Source: Octopus bimaculoides
Lineage: Eukaryota
Length of the DNA: 64,000 nucleotides
Assembly: GCF_001194135.2 (NCBI RefSeq)
Contig: NC_069004.1
Span: 2,773,560-2,837,559 of the forward strand
Direction: 5' to 3'
Shown here: piece after piece, positions 1-12,572 of the stretch
How positions within the stretch are numbered: the first letter of the stretch is position 1
How the letters are laid out: each line of letters begins with the position of its first letter
Position numbers and translations under genes: made by a program
Notes under the pieces: generated by a model
The model's database searches: none
Seen by the model: the letters and a program-made list of their open reading frames with translations, nothing else
What the model was told of the DNA's origin: nothing

Positions 1-42
<42 letters not shown>

Positions 43-1240
43 ATGTATATCTAAGACCCTTGGCTACTTGTCATGCTGTCAACACCTACTGAGACAGAAA
101 CGGATGTCCATGACTGTCCACTTATCTCCGAACAATAAGCTTGTCCTTTTCCTCAGTGGCATGTCAGCTTTGGAGAATTCTTATGACACATCCTCTAGAA
201 AGGGGGATTATTTTAATTTGTCGAGAATTTATTTTGTATGGTACTTGATATACCAGTATTTGTCTATGTTACAGATATATATATATATACATGCACTTGC
301 ATACAGACACCCATTGTTCCTTTCACGTCATGAGGGTATTTTCCCAATGGATAGAATGGCGGATGTATGGATGGTGGATTGATGGATTGATAAGGAATCA
401 ATATATAAAATATATATGTGTGTTTGTTTGTTTATGTTTAATATAATGCGTTGATGCATATATGGATAATGTGTATTTGGAATAAGAGATCGACATGGAT
501 GAACAGACAGACGGATGGATGGATTGATGGATGGACGGCTGAACAGATGGACAGACAAAATAAATTTTCAAGGATAAAGAAATTGGATATTTTTAATTTA
601 AATTTCTTCAGCTGGACTAAATCAAAACCACAAAAAAAACAAAAAAAATGCAAAAGAAATGACAATAACAAATTGGAAAATTACAACAAAAACCTAACTA
701 AAAAGAAAGAAAAATCAAATTGAGACAATAATCAAATAAAGTGTGTATATATATTATATATATATATATATATGTGTGTGTATATATATATTATGTATAT
801 GTCTTTGAGACTGACCAATCATCTGAAAATTGGTGAACTTGTGATGAGAAATGAAACTGTTTTTACTGATGTACAATCATGAACCTCTTGTTTTTTTTTT
901 TTGTAGGGGTTAAAAAAAAACATTGTGAACTGTGCCACACACACACACACATACACATGAGCACATACACAAAGGGCATATATATATCACTTGCTAAAAC
1001 TGTTATATAATGAACTCATAATATATTTATATATATATACAAATGTGTAAAAAAAAAAAAATATTAAAAAATTTGAAATATGAGTTATATACACATAAAC
1101 ACACACACATGTAAAGACTACATACATATATATATGTATATATACACATACACATAATAAAAATTATAATAATAATATAAAAAAAGATGTGTAATTTATA
1201 TGTTGTATAATAAGTAATAACGAAAATGAGGGGGATGATA

Positions 1241-1343
<103 letters not shown>

Positions 1344-1611
1344 GTATATATATGTATATGTATATGCAATGTTCATTTCATAAGAAATGCATGGAAAATA
1401 CAAACTATACATGTGTAAAATTACAAAACATGTATATATACACGCATACACATGTAAAAGAAAAATAACAGATAAAAGAAAAAAAGACATACATTGGACT
1501 TGCAAAAGATGAAGATGGACTTGGAAAACAGACACATTAAATCCAAAATCACATGTTTGTTACGGTGACATTAATGTTATAAAAATTATTATTATTATCA
1601 TTATTATTATT

Positions 1612-1653
<42 letters not shown>

Positions 1654-1702
1654 ATTACTATTATTTTTACTGTTGTTTTGTTAGTTATTATTATTATTAT
1701 TA

Positions 1703-1912
1703 TTGGTAGACTGGCAGAATCGCTAGAGTGTCGGATGAAAGGCATTGCTGCATTTTGCTTTGGCCCTTTTGCGTTCTGAGTTCTAATCCTGCCAAGGTGG
1801 ACTTTGCCGTCCATCCTTTCCAGGGGTCGATAAAGTAAAGTGTCAACCAATTGACAGTTCCTCCTCTCCTCCGAATTCCAGGCCTTTGCGCTTATATTAG
1901 AAACCATTATTA

Positions 1913-1944
<32 letters not shown>

Positions 1945-1963
1945 GTTATTATTATTATTATTA
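1703..1963 (+). mobile_element. (ATT)n-tailed SINE inserted in an (ATT)n tract
   Basis: A/B boxes and body as in the 8160 cluster; ATT runs on both sides. Confidence 0.8.
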
Positions 1964-3104
1964 NNNNNNNNNNNNNNNNNNNNNNNNNNNNNNNNNNNNN
2001 NNNNNNNNNNNNNNNNNNNNNNNNNNNNNNNNNNNNNNNNNNNNNNNNNNNNNNNNNNNNNNNNNNNNNNNNNNNNNNNNNNNNNNNNNNNNNNNNNNNN
2101 NNNNNNNNNNNNNNNNNNNNNNNNNNNNNNNNNNNNNNNNNNNNNNNNNNNNNNNNNNNNNNNNNNNNNNNNNNNNNNNNNNNNNNNNNNNNNNNNNNNN
2201 NNNNNNNNNNNNNNNNNNNNNNNNNNNNNNNNNNNNNNNNNNNNNNNNNNNNNNNNNNNNNNNNNNNNNNNNNNNNNNNNNNNNNNNNNNNNNNNNNNNN
2301 NNNNNNNNNNNNNNNNNNNNNNNNNNNNNNNNNNNNNNNNNNNNNNNNNNNNNNNNNNNNNNNNNNNNNNNNNNNNNNNNNNNNNNNNNNNNNNNNNNNN
2401 NNNNNNNNNNNNNNNNNNNNNNNNNNNNNNNNNNNNNNNNNNNNNNNNNNNNNNNNNNNNNNNNNNNNNNNNNNNNNNNNNNNNNNNNNNNNNNNNNNNN
2501 NNNNNNNNNNNNNNNNNNNNNNNNNNNNNNNNNNNNNNNNNNNNNNNNNNNTTAAACAAATAAAACAGAAATTTTTTTTTTTTTTTGTCTTGAAATATTT
2601 GGAATGGTGTAAAATTTTACAGTTCCATTCCTCATCCGGTTTCTTGTAATTAAATTTTTATTCTAAAATAAATTATGTTCTTTTTGATGCTTGATAACTG
2701 ATGCGTTGTTGTTGTTGTTGTTGTTGTTGTTATCTTGGTTTAATGTTTGGCTCTCCCAGCAGATTTATGATCTAAAAGTGTTCCAGTCATGACCATCCCA
2801 TCTGTTGGTTTTATATGATGGCTGTCCACCCATGACTGAGAAGGACCATCACTGACCATTAAGAACACTGTGCATTCAGACAAATTTATATTTTACAATT
2901 ATGGTGCCACTGGTGACAAATGCACCCAGCTCTTGATAAACATAAGCATCTGCAGACATTACAGACCAAGCTTCCCCCATTCATAACACTGGCGTGAAGA
3001 ATATGTGAAACAAGGTGGGGAAAGTAGTACTCAAATACTCAAACAAGGTGAGTTCGACATGGCCTGGGCCTATACTGGCCGAAACCAATCAAAGTTAATC
3101 AAGG

Positions 3105-3217
3105 TTATTAATAAAGTTTAGAAGACGTCACGAAAAGTCTTACTCGGAGTTTCAACTTCCCGTTTGCGAAACTCTGAGTAACAGTTTTTTTGTGATGTCT
3201 TTGCAGATTTATTAATG
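3105..3217. repeat. foldback/palindromic element (same family as 63812)
   Basis: ttactcggagtttc / gaaactctgagtaa inner arms with extended imperfect outer arms. Confidence 0.7.
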
Positions 3218-4512
3218 AAGTAAATATATGTATGTATGTGTATGTGTGTATAAAATCATCACACACGCATCTGCACACACTAAAGCTTAAAACTCATGAA
3301 AGCTTTCAACGACACACATACACACACACACACACATACACAGAGAAACATACACGCACACACACGCACAGAGAGAAACATACACGCACACACAGAAGCA
3401 TACACACACAGAAACATACACGCACACAGAAGCATACACACACACACACCAAGGCTAGAGATCTTTCTGGTTTAATTAAGTGACCGACATTGAAAGTGGA
3501 GTGAGATGGTGGGTTCATGGCGGTGGTGGGTTAATTAATTAAATAAACAGATAAATAAATAAATAAATAATTACAAACACAGTAATTAAGAGGGGGGATA
3601 AAGATAAACACTATAATGAGTATAAAATTTTAAAAAAAGATGTGTTTTCGATGGAGTCGAAACTAACGAGTTTATTGTTTACTTGTGGTGGACAGTGGAC
3701 GTTGTACTGACCAGTCCATTGAGGTGGTTTTAACAAGGCCAGGGGTGAGTGGGTGGAGAGGGTAGGATGGAGGGAAAGTGAGAGAGAGCGGTAGGAGGAG
3801 ATGAAAGGAAAGGAAGAAAAAGTGTGAGAATGAAAGAGAAAGAAGTAAGTAAGAGAGATAAAGAAGGACAGGTGAAAGAAAAATGAAAGAGAGAGAGAGA
3901 CGGACAGATAGAGAATGAATGAAAAGAAGAAAGAAAGGAAGAAAGGAAGGAAAGCATGTCAAAAGTAGTCAGAAAAGAAGTAACCCCTCCTCTACCCACC
4001 CACCCAGCTCCTCGTCCTTTTCCTCTCAACTAAATTGTGAATGAGGTGAAACGTGAACAAAGGAAACAGATTCTCTATGATAATAGCATCATCATCATTA
4101 TCATTATCACCGTCATCATCACAGCTATGACCAGCACCAACCATTACTCATACCACCACCACCACTGCCGCCACCACCAATACTACCACCACCACCATCG
4201 CCACCACCATTAAAACCTGAAGCTAAAACCACAGGTTCTAATAGCAAGCCACAAGCACCACCAAAATTACGATGACGATTACAACTTGGGACTGGCATCA
4301 CCACCCCGGCCACCTTCGACCACCGACGCTGGTTTTTGTTTTGCTATTTATAGTAAAAGCAAGGTTGAATGAATAGCAATTTTCGGGGGGGGGGATGCAT
4401 AAAAAGAGGAGGAGAGTGTGAGGGGAGGAGGTGGAAGAAGAAAAAGAAGAGAGGGTGGGAGAGTGGAAGGAATAAGAGGAAGAAGAGTAGAGAAAGAGGA
4501 GGAGGAGGAAAA

Positions 4513-4543
<31 letters not shown>

Positions 4544-7084
4544 ATAATAGAAGAAGAAAATGACGCAACAAGTCTTGGAGCAATCATCATCATCATCATC
4601 ACCGTTGTTCCTTAATCCGTGAACCATTTAAGTTACATCTTCCCTTTTACGATTATTGTTATTTTAGTGTTGTTGACTTTGTATTGCATTACATGGTGTT
4701 GTTGTTGGTGTTGCTGTTGTATATCCTATGTGTCAGTCAGTTTTGTACTCGATGCCAAAAACTTTGTACTCGAACCCTCTCACCCCACCCCCCTTCCTCT
4801 GCACTCAAACACAAACACACACACACACATACATACATAGACCAAAGACAAACACATACGTACTCATGCACGCAAATACATACACACACACACCTATAAA
4901 CTACAAGTGCAAACGCCCACACACATACGCACGCATACAAGCACACGCACACACACGACAGAAGAGATATATGAGGAAAAGAGTAACAAAATTGCAAGCA
5001 AAGAACAAATCCTGTAGCATGTGGTAAAAAAACATCCTTGAAATGTTGGAATGGTTTCTGCTGAATCTCCAGGTTTGCTGAGGTGACTACGTGGATGACC
5101 GGAAATAGGAAGAGAGAAAAGGGCTACGACATTGTGGGCCAACAGATCGTCGGCATTCTCTGATAAGATTAACGCTGCCCAGGACAGCTGAAGAAAGCGG
5201 TCCTGTGGGAAGGTGCCGAGATCGTTATTTTCCTTAGAGCCAAGAGCTGAAGAAGCGAATGTCCCGCCGTGAAAGCTTTATAGGTAATGGTCAACGGTTT
5301 TATTTTATAAGTCTAGTACTTATTATATCAGACCCTTTTTGGTGAACCATTAAGTTGCGGTGACGTAAAGAAATCAATACTGGTTGTAAAGCAGTGAGGG
5401 AGCACACATGAACACACACACACACATTCACACACGCAATCCTTTCTACTAAAGGTACAAGACCTGGAATTTGAGGAAGGCGGACAGTCGATTACATGGA
5501 CCTCAGTACACCACTGGTACTTATTTAATCGCCCCCTAAAAGGATAAAAGGCGAAGTCGACCGCGGCGGAATTTGAACTCAGAACACAAAGACAAACGAA
5601 ATCCCGCCAAGCATTTCGCCCGGCCAACTTTCACACATACATACACAGTTATATATATATATATATNNNNNNNNNNNNNNNNNNNNNNNNNNNNNNNNNN
5701 NNNNNNNNNNNNNNNNNNNNNNNNNNNNNNNNNNNNNNNNNNNNNNNNNNNNNNNNNNNNNNNNNNNNNNNNNNNNNNNNNNNNNNNNNNNNNNNNNNNN
5801 NNNNNNNNNNNNNNNNNNNNNNNNNNNNNNNNNNNNNNNNNNNNNNNNNNNNNNNACATACATCTAAAAAGACTACGAAGGCATTTGTTGTTTAGCCTTC
5901 ATTGCGTCATGATTAAGTAGACATATGATCAAGTAGATCCCAGCCGTGACTATTTCGTCTTTAAGGCAGACTTAACGTATCGAGGAATACATTATCTAGC
6001 ATTTATTTTTGTTATTTTAGACACAGTGTGTGCGTGCGTGCGTGCGTATGCGTGTGCGTGTAGGTAAGTTTGTTATTTCTAAGCGGTCGTGTGGAATTTT
6101 CATTGATTCTTTACGCACCGAGCCGACCTCTTCAAAAACCCTCGAGTATTTCCCATGTTCTGTGATGTTTATAAACATAAACACGTATAGACATATACAC
6201 ACAGGTGTTGCTAATGCTACAGCATTGCAAATTCATTGTGAACTTAACAGGAATGTTGATGCCTTTCGCAGACTTTCGACATCTGGAATATTTTAAGACT
6301 ATCACTGCTGTAACGACGAGAATTATCAGAACAAATTTGAAAATGTGTACAAGGGGACATTACTCTAACTGCAATAAAGGGAGGTTACTCTTACGTTATG
6401 CGGTCAGAACTACTGCATGCTAATAGAATCCTTATAGCGTTTAACCACTTAATCCTGAATTAAAAACCTTTTCGTGATTGAATGGTCAGAGATTAAACTA
6501 AGCTCTTACTAGGTTTCATCAATGAGAAGTGTATGTGAGTACCCAGAAGGAGTAAAAACAAAAAGAAAAATAACAGCTTCGAAACATGCCGAAAGCAGGC
6601 GAACTCACTAAGAACCACCAGCACAAATATTATGCGGAGAAAATGGGTACCACTAGGATTGCCAAACTCATTGAAACGCTTAATTGGGAATTACATCAAT
6701 ATTTAATTTTACACTAGATTGGTCGGGGAGCCAGGATTTCATTAAGAGTTACTACATCCCAACACGTTTAATTGGAACCGCAGTATTAATTATTCTACCA
6801 GTTCGTCACTTTAGCTGGAAATAATTAATAGACGCGTTTGTTTAATTGGAGGCAGCTAAAAGGCAAATTAAAAAAGAAGGCGACTAAAGAGAAGAGAGAC
6901 TGGCTGGATGATATTGAGACGTGGAGATGAGGATGGGGTGAATAAAGAAGGTCTGTGGTTGAAAGAGGCGGACAAGATTGTCGCCTTCCTGGCACTTGTG
7001 CCAGTGACACGTAAAAAGACATTCGTGCGAATTCGTTGCCAGTGCTGCTGGACTGGCTCCTGTGCAGGTGGCACGTAAAAGAAA

Positions 7085-7240
7085 GTGCATGGCTCAGTGG
7101 TTAGAGCATCGGGCTCACAATCAGGAGGTTGTGCGTTCAATTCCAGAACCGGGCTGTGTGTTGTTGTGTTCTTGAGCAAGACACTTTATTTCACGTTGCT
7201 CCAGTTCACTCAGCTGTAGAAATGAGTTGCGACGTCACAA
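7085..7240 (+). mobile_element. third tRNA-derived SINE family
   Basis: TGGCTCAGTGG A box, GTTCAATTCC B box, then GTGTTCTTGAGCAAGACACTTTATTTCACG; related copies at ~20135-20265 and 51470-51730. Confidence 0.75.
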
Positions 7241-7424
7241 GATTTTTATTTTTGTCATCACGAATCTTAACTGCTTGGATATTTGAGGAAATGTAAACCG
7301 TTCCTCCCACCCCACCCTTTTCTTTTTATTGTTCTAGATCATTCTTTCACCTCTTCTGTTATATTAGTACAGTAGTACCTCGTTTTTTTTTCCAGCCATA
7401 GAAACCATGGCAAATAAGACTGAA

Positions 7425-7825
7425 TCATGGCGCAGCCCCTCAGCTTTCCACTTCGTATTCTCTTTTTTGCAATATCTTTGAATCTCAGTCTAGTTATTCC
7501 CTGGTTTCTTTTCCCCTCGCAGTCAGGAGTAAAGGAGTCATCCGGGAAGTCTGCTATTGTCCATCCTGTGTACATGGCCCAACCAACGTAAATTTCTATC
7601 AATAAGGATTTCCACCACAGGAGCTGAAATCTGGACAGTCTATAAAGCTCAGGTAGACCAAGTTAGATACAAATATGATGCGACAGTTGCAACAGATTAT
7701 GAACGGTTTTTTCTTTGACAAAGTCAGGAACAAAGAGATCCTACAGTGTGCTGGTTTGCCTCCTAGAATGGAAATCCTCACTGACAGAAATTTATGTTGG
7801 TTGGGCCACGTACACAGGAAGGACA
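7425..7825. mobile_element. RTE-clade LINE ORF2 C-terminal fragment with internal inversion
   Basis: Plus 7618-7825: GAEIWTVY...DKVRNKEILQCAGLP..EILTDRNLCWLGHVHR. Minus 7614-7425: ILIDRNLRWLGHVHRMDNSRLP..LLYS..GKRNQG..RLRFKD. Confidence 0.8.
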
Positions 7826-8159
7826 GAAAAAATCCCCAATCACATATAAATTCACACTTCATACAATAAATGTACAACAAAGGCAAAACTGAAGAAAACT
7901 GGAATGAGCAAAACTTTTAAGAAAACTTATTAATCGTTTTAAATATAATTAACTGCTTTAATATTTTTTTTTGGTTTATTTTTCAGTGTTTCTTTTTACT
8001 TTTCATTTTTCTTTTTAATTTAAAAAAAAAAAGGAAGAAAAACAACAGAATATAAAAAAATTCTTTTTTTTTTGTGTTTTGTTCTGAAAGATTCAGACAG
8101 GATGGGTCAAGAATAGTGTGGCGGTGGTGGTGGTAATAAAAAAATAAATAAATAATAGT

Positions 8160-9455
8160 AATAATAATAATAATACTTTCTGCTATAGGCACAAGACCTG
8201 AAATTTGGTGGTGGTGGTGGTGGTGGTGGGAGTGGGGGGTGCAAGTCGATTACATCAACCCCCAGTGTTCAACTGGTCCTTATTTTATCGACCCCGAAAG
8301 GATGAAAGGCAAAGTTCACCTTGGCAGAATTTGAAATCAGAATGTAAAAAAAAGTTAAAAAGAAATGCTGCTGAACATTTTGTTTGATGCGCTGATGATT
8401 CTGCCAACTCACTGCCTGAAAGTTGAGGAAAACATCTTAGTCAGCTACATCGACCCCCAGTATTCCACTGGTACTTTTATTTTTATCGACCCTGAAAGGA
8501 TGAAAAGCAAAGCTGACCTCGGTGGAATTTCAAGATCAGAATGTAAAAAAGCCAGGAAAATTGCCGTTAAGCAATTTGTTTGACGCGCCAACGATTCTGC
8601 CAATTCACCACTTTAACAATAATTCTTTATAATTCTTAGCACAAGGCCAGAATTTTTAAAGAGGAGAAGTCAATTACACAGACACACATGCACACCCGGC
8701 CCCCCGGCCCCTGGCTAAAGTGGTACATATTTACTCGATCCCAAAAGACAAAGTCGACCTCAGCAGGATTTGAACTCAGAACATCAGGAAGTGCAAGAAA
8801 TACTGCTGGGCAATTCTGTCCAAAGCGCTAACAATTCTGTCAGCCCACAGTCATTAATAACGGTTTCAAATCTTGACACAAGGCCAGCATTTTTTGAGAA
8901 GAGTATGTGACTGATATTTATTTAAATAATAATAATAATAATCTTTTCTACTATATATAAGTGCAAGGCCTGAAATTTTGGGGGAGGGGATTAGTCGATT
9001 ACATCGACCCCAATGTTTCACAAGTACTTGATTTATCGACCCTGAAAGGTTCGAAAGGATAAGTTGACCTCCACTGAATTTGAACGAGGAACATAAATAC
9101 AGAAGAAATCCTGCAAAAGATTCTGTCTAGCATGCAAGGATTTTGCCAGATTGCTACCTTAGTAGTAATAATAATAATAATAATAATAGTAATAATAATA
9201 ATAATAATAATAGTAATAGTAATAATAATAATAATAATAATAGTAATAATAATAATAATAATAATCCTTTCTAATAAAGGCACAAAGCCTGAAATTTGTG
9301 GGGGAGCGTCCTAGTCAATTACATCGACCCCAGTGTTTTACTGGTACTTAATTTATCGACCCCCAATGGGATGAAAGGCAAAGTCGACCTTGGTGCAATT
9401 TGAACCCAGAATGAAGCAACAGGCGAAATGACGCTAAGCATTTCGCCCAGCATGC

Positions 9456-9496
<41 letters not shown>

Positions 9497-9676
9497 GTTT
9501 CAAATTTTGGGACAAGGCCAAGTAAATTCAGGGAAGGGCGTAGGTCAATTTAGATCAACCCCCCAGTACGCAACTGGTACTTAATTTATCGACCTCGAAA
9601 GGAAGAAAGGCAAAGTCGACCTCGACGGAATTTGAACTCGGAACGTAGTGATAGGCGAAATGCCCCAAAGCATTTC
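8160..9676 (-). mobile_element. cluster of at least six same-orientation tRNA-derived SINEs with (ATT)n tails (Meta-domain-like family)
   Basis: Repeated TGGCAGAATCGTT A box, GTTCAAATTCC B box and GCCTTTCATCCTTTCGGGGTCGAT..AGTACCAG body. MetaSINE assignment is from memory and needs an alignment. Confidence 0.85.
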
Positions 9677-9999
9677 NNNNNNNNNNNNNNNNNNNNNNNN
9701 NNNNNNNNNNNNNNNNNNNNNNNNNNNNNNNNNNNNNNNNNNNNNNNNNNNNNNNNNNNNNNNNNNNNNNNNNNNNNNNNNNNNNNNNNNNNNNNNNNNN
9801 NNNNNNNNNNNNNNNNNNNNNNNNNNNNNNNNNNNNNNNNNNNNNNNNNNNNNNNNNNNNNNNNNNNNNNNNNNNNNNNNNNNNNNNNNNNNNNNNNNNN
9901 NNNNNNNNNNNNNNNNNNNNNNNNNNNNNNNNNTTTTCATTCTGCCCAGTTTGTTAATGATTCTGCCAAATCGTCGCTTTAGTAGTAGTAGTAGTAGTA

Positions 10000-10030
<31 letters not shown>

Positions 10031-10125
10031 GAATAATAGCAGGAGTAGTTAAAAAAAGTAAATGGAAAAGATTTATAAAAAAAAAGCAGAACAAAGGTAG
10101 CTTTTGGTAACGAGGTGACCCAACA

Positions 10126-10156
<31 letters not shown>

Positions 10157-10472
10157 TGACTCACTCGTACAATTTAGTTGTCTCCTGGTCAGAGACAACG
10201 CCATCTTTCCTTTCATGTTTTTATATTTTTCTTGGCTTTTTTTTTTTTTTCTTTCATAATTAATATCTATTTAATTGTAGTAATTATTGTTTTTCTTATT
10301 GGAAATAATATATTAAGATAATGCAGCAAAAAAGTTGCAGGTGTTTGTGCTTATATATATATGTGTGTATATGTGCTTATATATATATGTGTGTATATGT
10401 GCTTATATATATATGTGTGTATATGTGTAGGTGTGAGTATCTGTTATAAACACACATGCAAAAACATGCATA

Positions 10473-11712
10473 CACACACACGACAAAAGTAAATAGACAC
10501 CCCATAAAACATTGTTTTATTTTTGTTCTCACTTGAAAAGGTCTATATTTTTTATTAATTGATATTTTTGTTTCAGTTTCTATGTGATTGTTTAATCATG
10601 CCATATACAAAAGAAGCCTTGGAACTGTCTGAATTTCTAAGAGGCCGTATTGTGGGTCAATCTGAAGGTGGACACAGAGTAAAATCGTAGAAAACCTTGG
10701 AATCCCACTTTCTACAGTTAATAGAGTGATTGCGCAATTCACCAGAGAGGAGAAGGAGTCCACATCACCTTACCCAGGTCAACCAGGTCCCCCTGACAGG
10801 ACTCTTTGCTTTGTTAAGAGAGGTGTGGAGGATGATCCTCATTGTAAGGCCTCTGACATAGCAAAACACGTTGATGTCAGTCCCAGAACAGCTGTCAGGT
10901 ATTTCCACAAATTTGTTTACTATGGGAAAGCAGCAAGAAGGAAGCCACTTCTTCAATCAGCCAATATCAAGCAAAGAAAAGATTGGGCCAGTGAGGTGGT
11001 GGAGAGGTCACTAGCATTTTTAGACACTGTCATATTCTCTGATGAGTCCAGATTTGCTGTATTTTCTGACAGTGGTCGAGTGTGGGTCTGGAGACTCTGT
11101 GATCAAGAATTTGACGTGAAATAATTGCCGCCAATAATGAAACACGGCAACTATTCTGTGATGGTCTGAGGAGCAATTTGGACCAATGGTAGATCAAAGC
11201 TGGTAGAATGTGAGGGAAACATAAACTCAGATAAATATATGTCCATTTTGCAGAAAGGATTCCTTCCAATCTTCTTCAGTGGTGAAATGATTTAAGAAGA
11301 CTCTTTATTTATGGAAGACGGGGCTCCTTGTCACATGGCTAAAAGGACCCAAAATTAATTGAAAGAGAATGGCATTAAAAAGCTTCCATGGCCAAGCTAG
11401 TCACCAGATATGAACTCTATTGAGCACCTCTGGGGCATAATGGGCAGGACACTTCGTTAAAAGAACAAGAAAGTATCCAGATCTTTTGAAATTACTGCAT
11501 GAAACTTGGTAAGAAATTCCTCAAGAGAATAATCGTCATCTGATCAGTAACATGCATAATAGGGTCCTTGCATTGAAAAATGCAAAGGGAATGTCTACTA
11601 AATATTGGATATTCACATTAGAATAATAAATAAATAATTTGAATGTATAATTTCAGATTTAAATAAATTTTAATGATTATAAGGGTGTCTATTTCATTCT
11701 GTCATGTCTGTG
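10473..11712 (+). mobile_element. full-length decayed Tc1-family DNA transposon (DD34E)
   Basis: ~30-bp imperfect TIRs (CACACACACGACAAAAGTAAATAGACACCC vs CACAGACATGACAGAATGAAATAGACACCC) flanked by TA; ~1.24 kb. Confidence 0.9.
10598..11606 (+). pseudogene. Tc1 transposase pseudogene
   Basis: ELSEFLRGRIVG HTH, ARRKPLL, IFSDES, EDGAPCH and SPDMNSIEHLW motifs; 34 residues between D2 and E; several stops and at least one frameshift. Confidence 0.9.
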
Positions 11713-11772
<60 letters not shown>

Positions 11773-11979
11773 CACACACATATACAAACACATACACACA
11801 CAGAGTAATATATATATATATATCTTTGCATGTGTGTGTGTGTGTGTTTGAAGGGCTTATTGTCAACTAGAAGCCCTGAAAAATTGATTTGATAAAAAGA
11901 TTCATGGCACTCAGCTGAACTATTTCTTTAAACACACACACACACACACTTTGTGCATATATACATATATATTAATATA

Positions 11980-11985
11980 TTTATT
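11980..11985 (-). promoter_or_regulatory. candidate polyadenylation signal AATAAA for the MBOAT-like gene
   Basis: AATAAA on the minus strand ~400 nt after the stop codon; the AT-rich context makes chance occurrence likely. Confidence 0.25.
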
Positions 11986-12142
11986 ATAATGTGCTCATAT
12001 AAGTATACACACACACACACAAGCAAATGTGCTTATGTGTGTGTGTGTGCATGTGTATGTACATATATTTTTAACTGACAAGTGCCACAAACGAAATTCT
12101 CAGTTCTTGAGTCACTTTGTAACTTCTTGCAATTAAAATATA

Positions 12143-12202
<60 letters not shown>

Positions 12203-12382
12203 TATACACACACACATTTTACTCAATCTGTGTGTGTGTGTGTGCATGTGTCGATATGTGTGCGTGCATGTGTGTGTGTGTGTATATATGTGTGTGTGTA
12301 TGTCTGTGTGTATATGTATGTGTGTATATGTATGTGTGTGTGCTGTGTGTTTACAACTAAGTGTATATAACAGAAGAGTTCA

Positions 12383-12572
12383 TTAGAGTTCTTTTTCTTT
12401 TGACCCGTCTGATGGAGGTGTTGCTGTTGTTGTTGTTGTTTCTGTTGTTGCGGTGGATGTTTGTGGTACTGAGCGATGGTGTGGGTCTGCCTTTGACTTG
12501 TGTGGACTGGCGAACAAAGAATACCGAAGAATGATCAACAAACAGCAGACGTGCGCCCAACAATAGACTGAC
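12383..12572 (-). CDS. MBOAT2: MBOAT-like terminal coding exon 12 (SVYCWAHVCCLLIILRY...PPSDGSKEKEL*)
   Basis: CAG acceptor, phase 2 start, TAA at 12385-12383; last TM helix followed by a Thr-rich cytosolic tail. Confidence 0.88.

Noticed and set aside
1851-2563. Long ORFs spanning N runs (also 5536, 9581, 15140, 36995, 43095, 48092, 56181, 61938)
   Set aside because: Artefacts of translating gaps as X.
4085-4290. His- and Pro-rich reading frame (HHHH...PPPPLPPPP...)
   Set aside because: Trinucleotide repeats; three stops directly upstream, no start codon or credible acceptor.
6585-6715. Short ORF MPKAGELTKNHQHK... resembling a Tc1 transposase start
   Set aside because: Only ~43 codons, no TIR or DDE motif identified; too weak to annotate.
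8160-9676. Repeated units separated by variable sequence, superficially CRISPR-like
   Set aside because: Units are ~200-bp Pol III SINEs with A/B boxes in a eukaryotic genome; no cas genes or constant spacer length.
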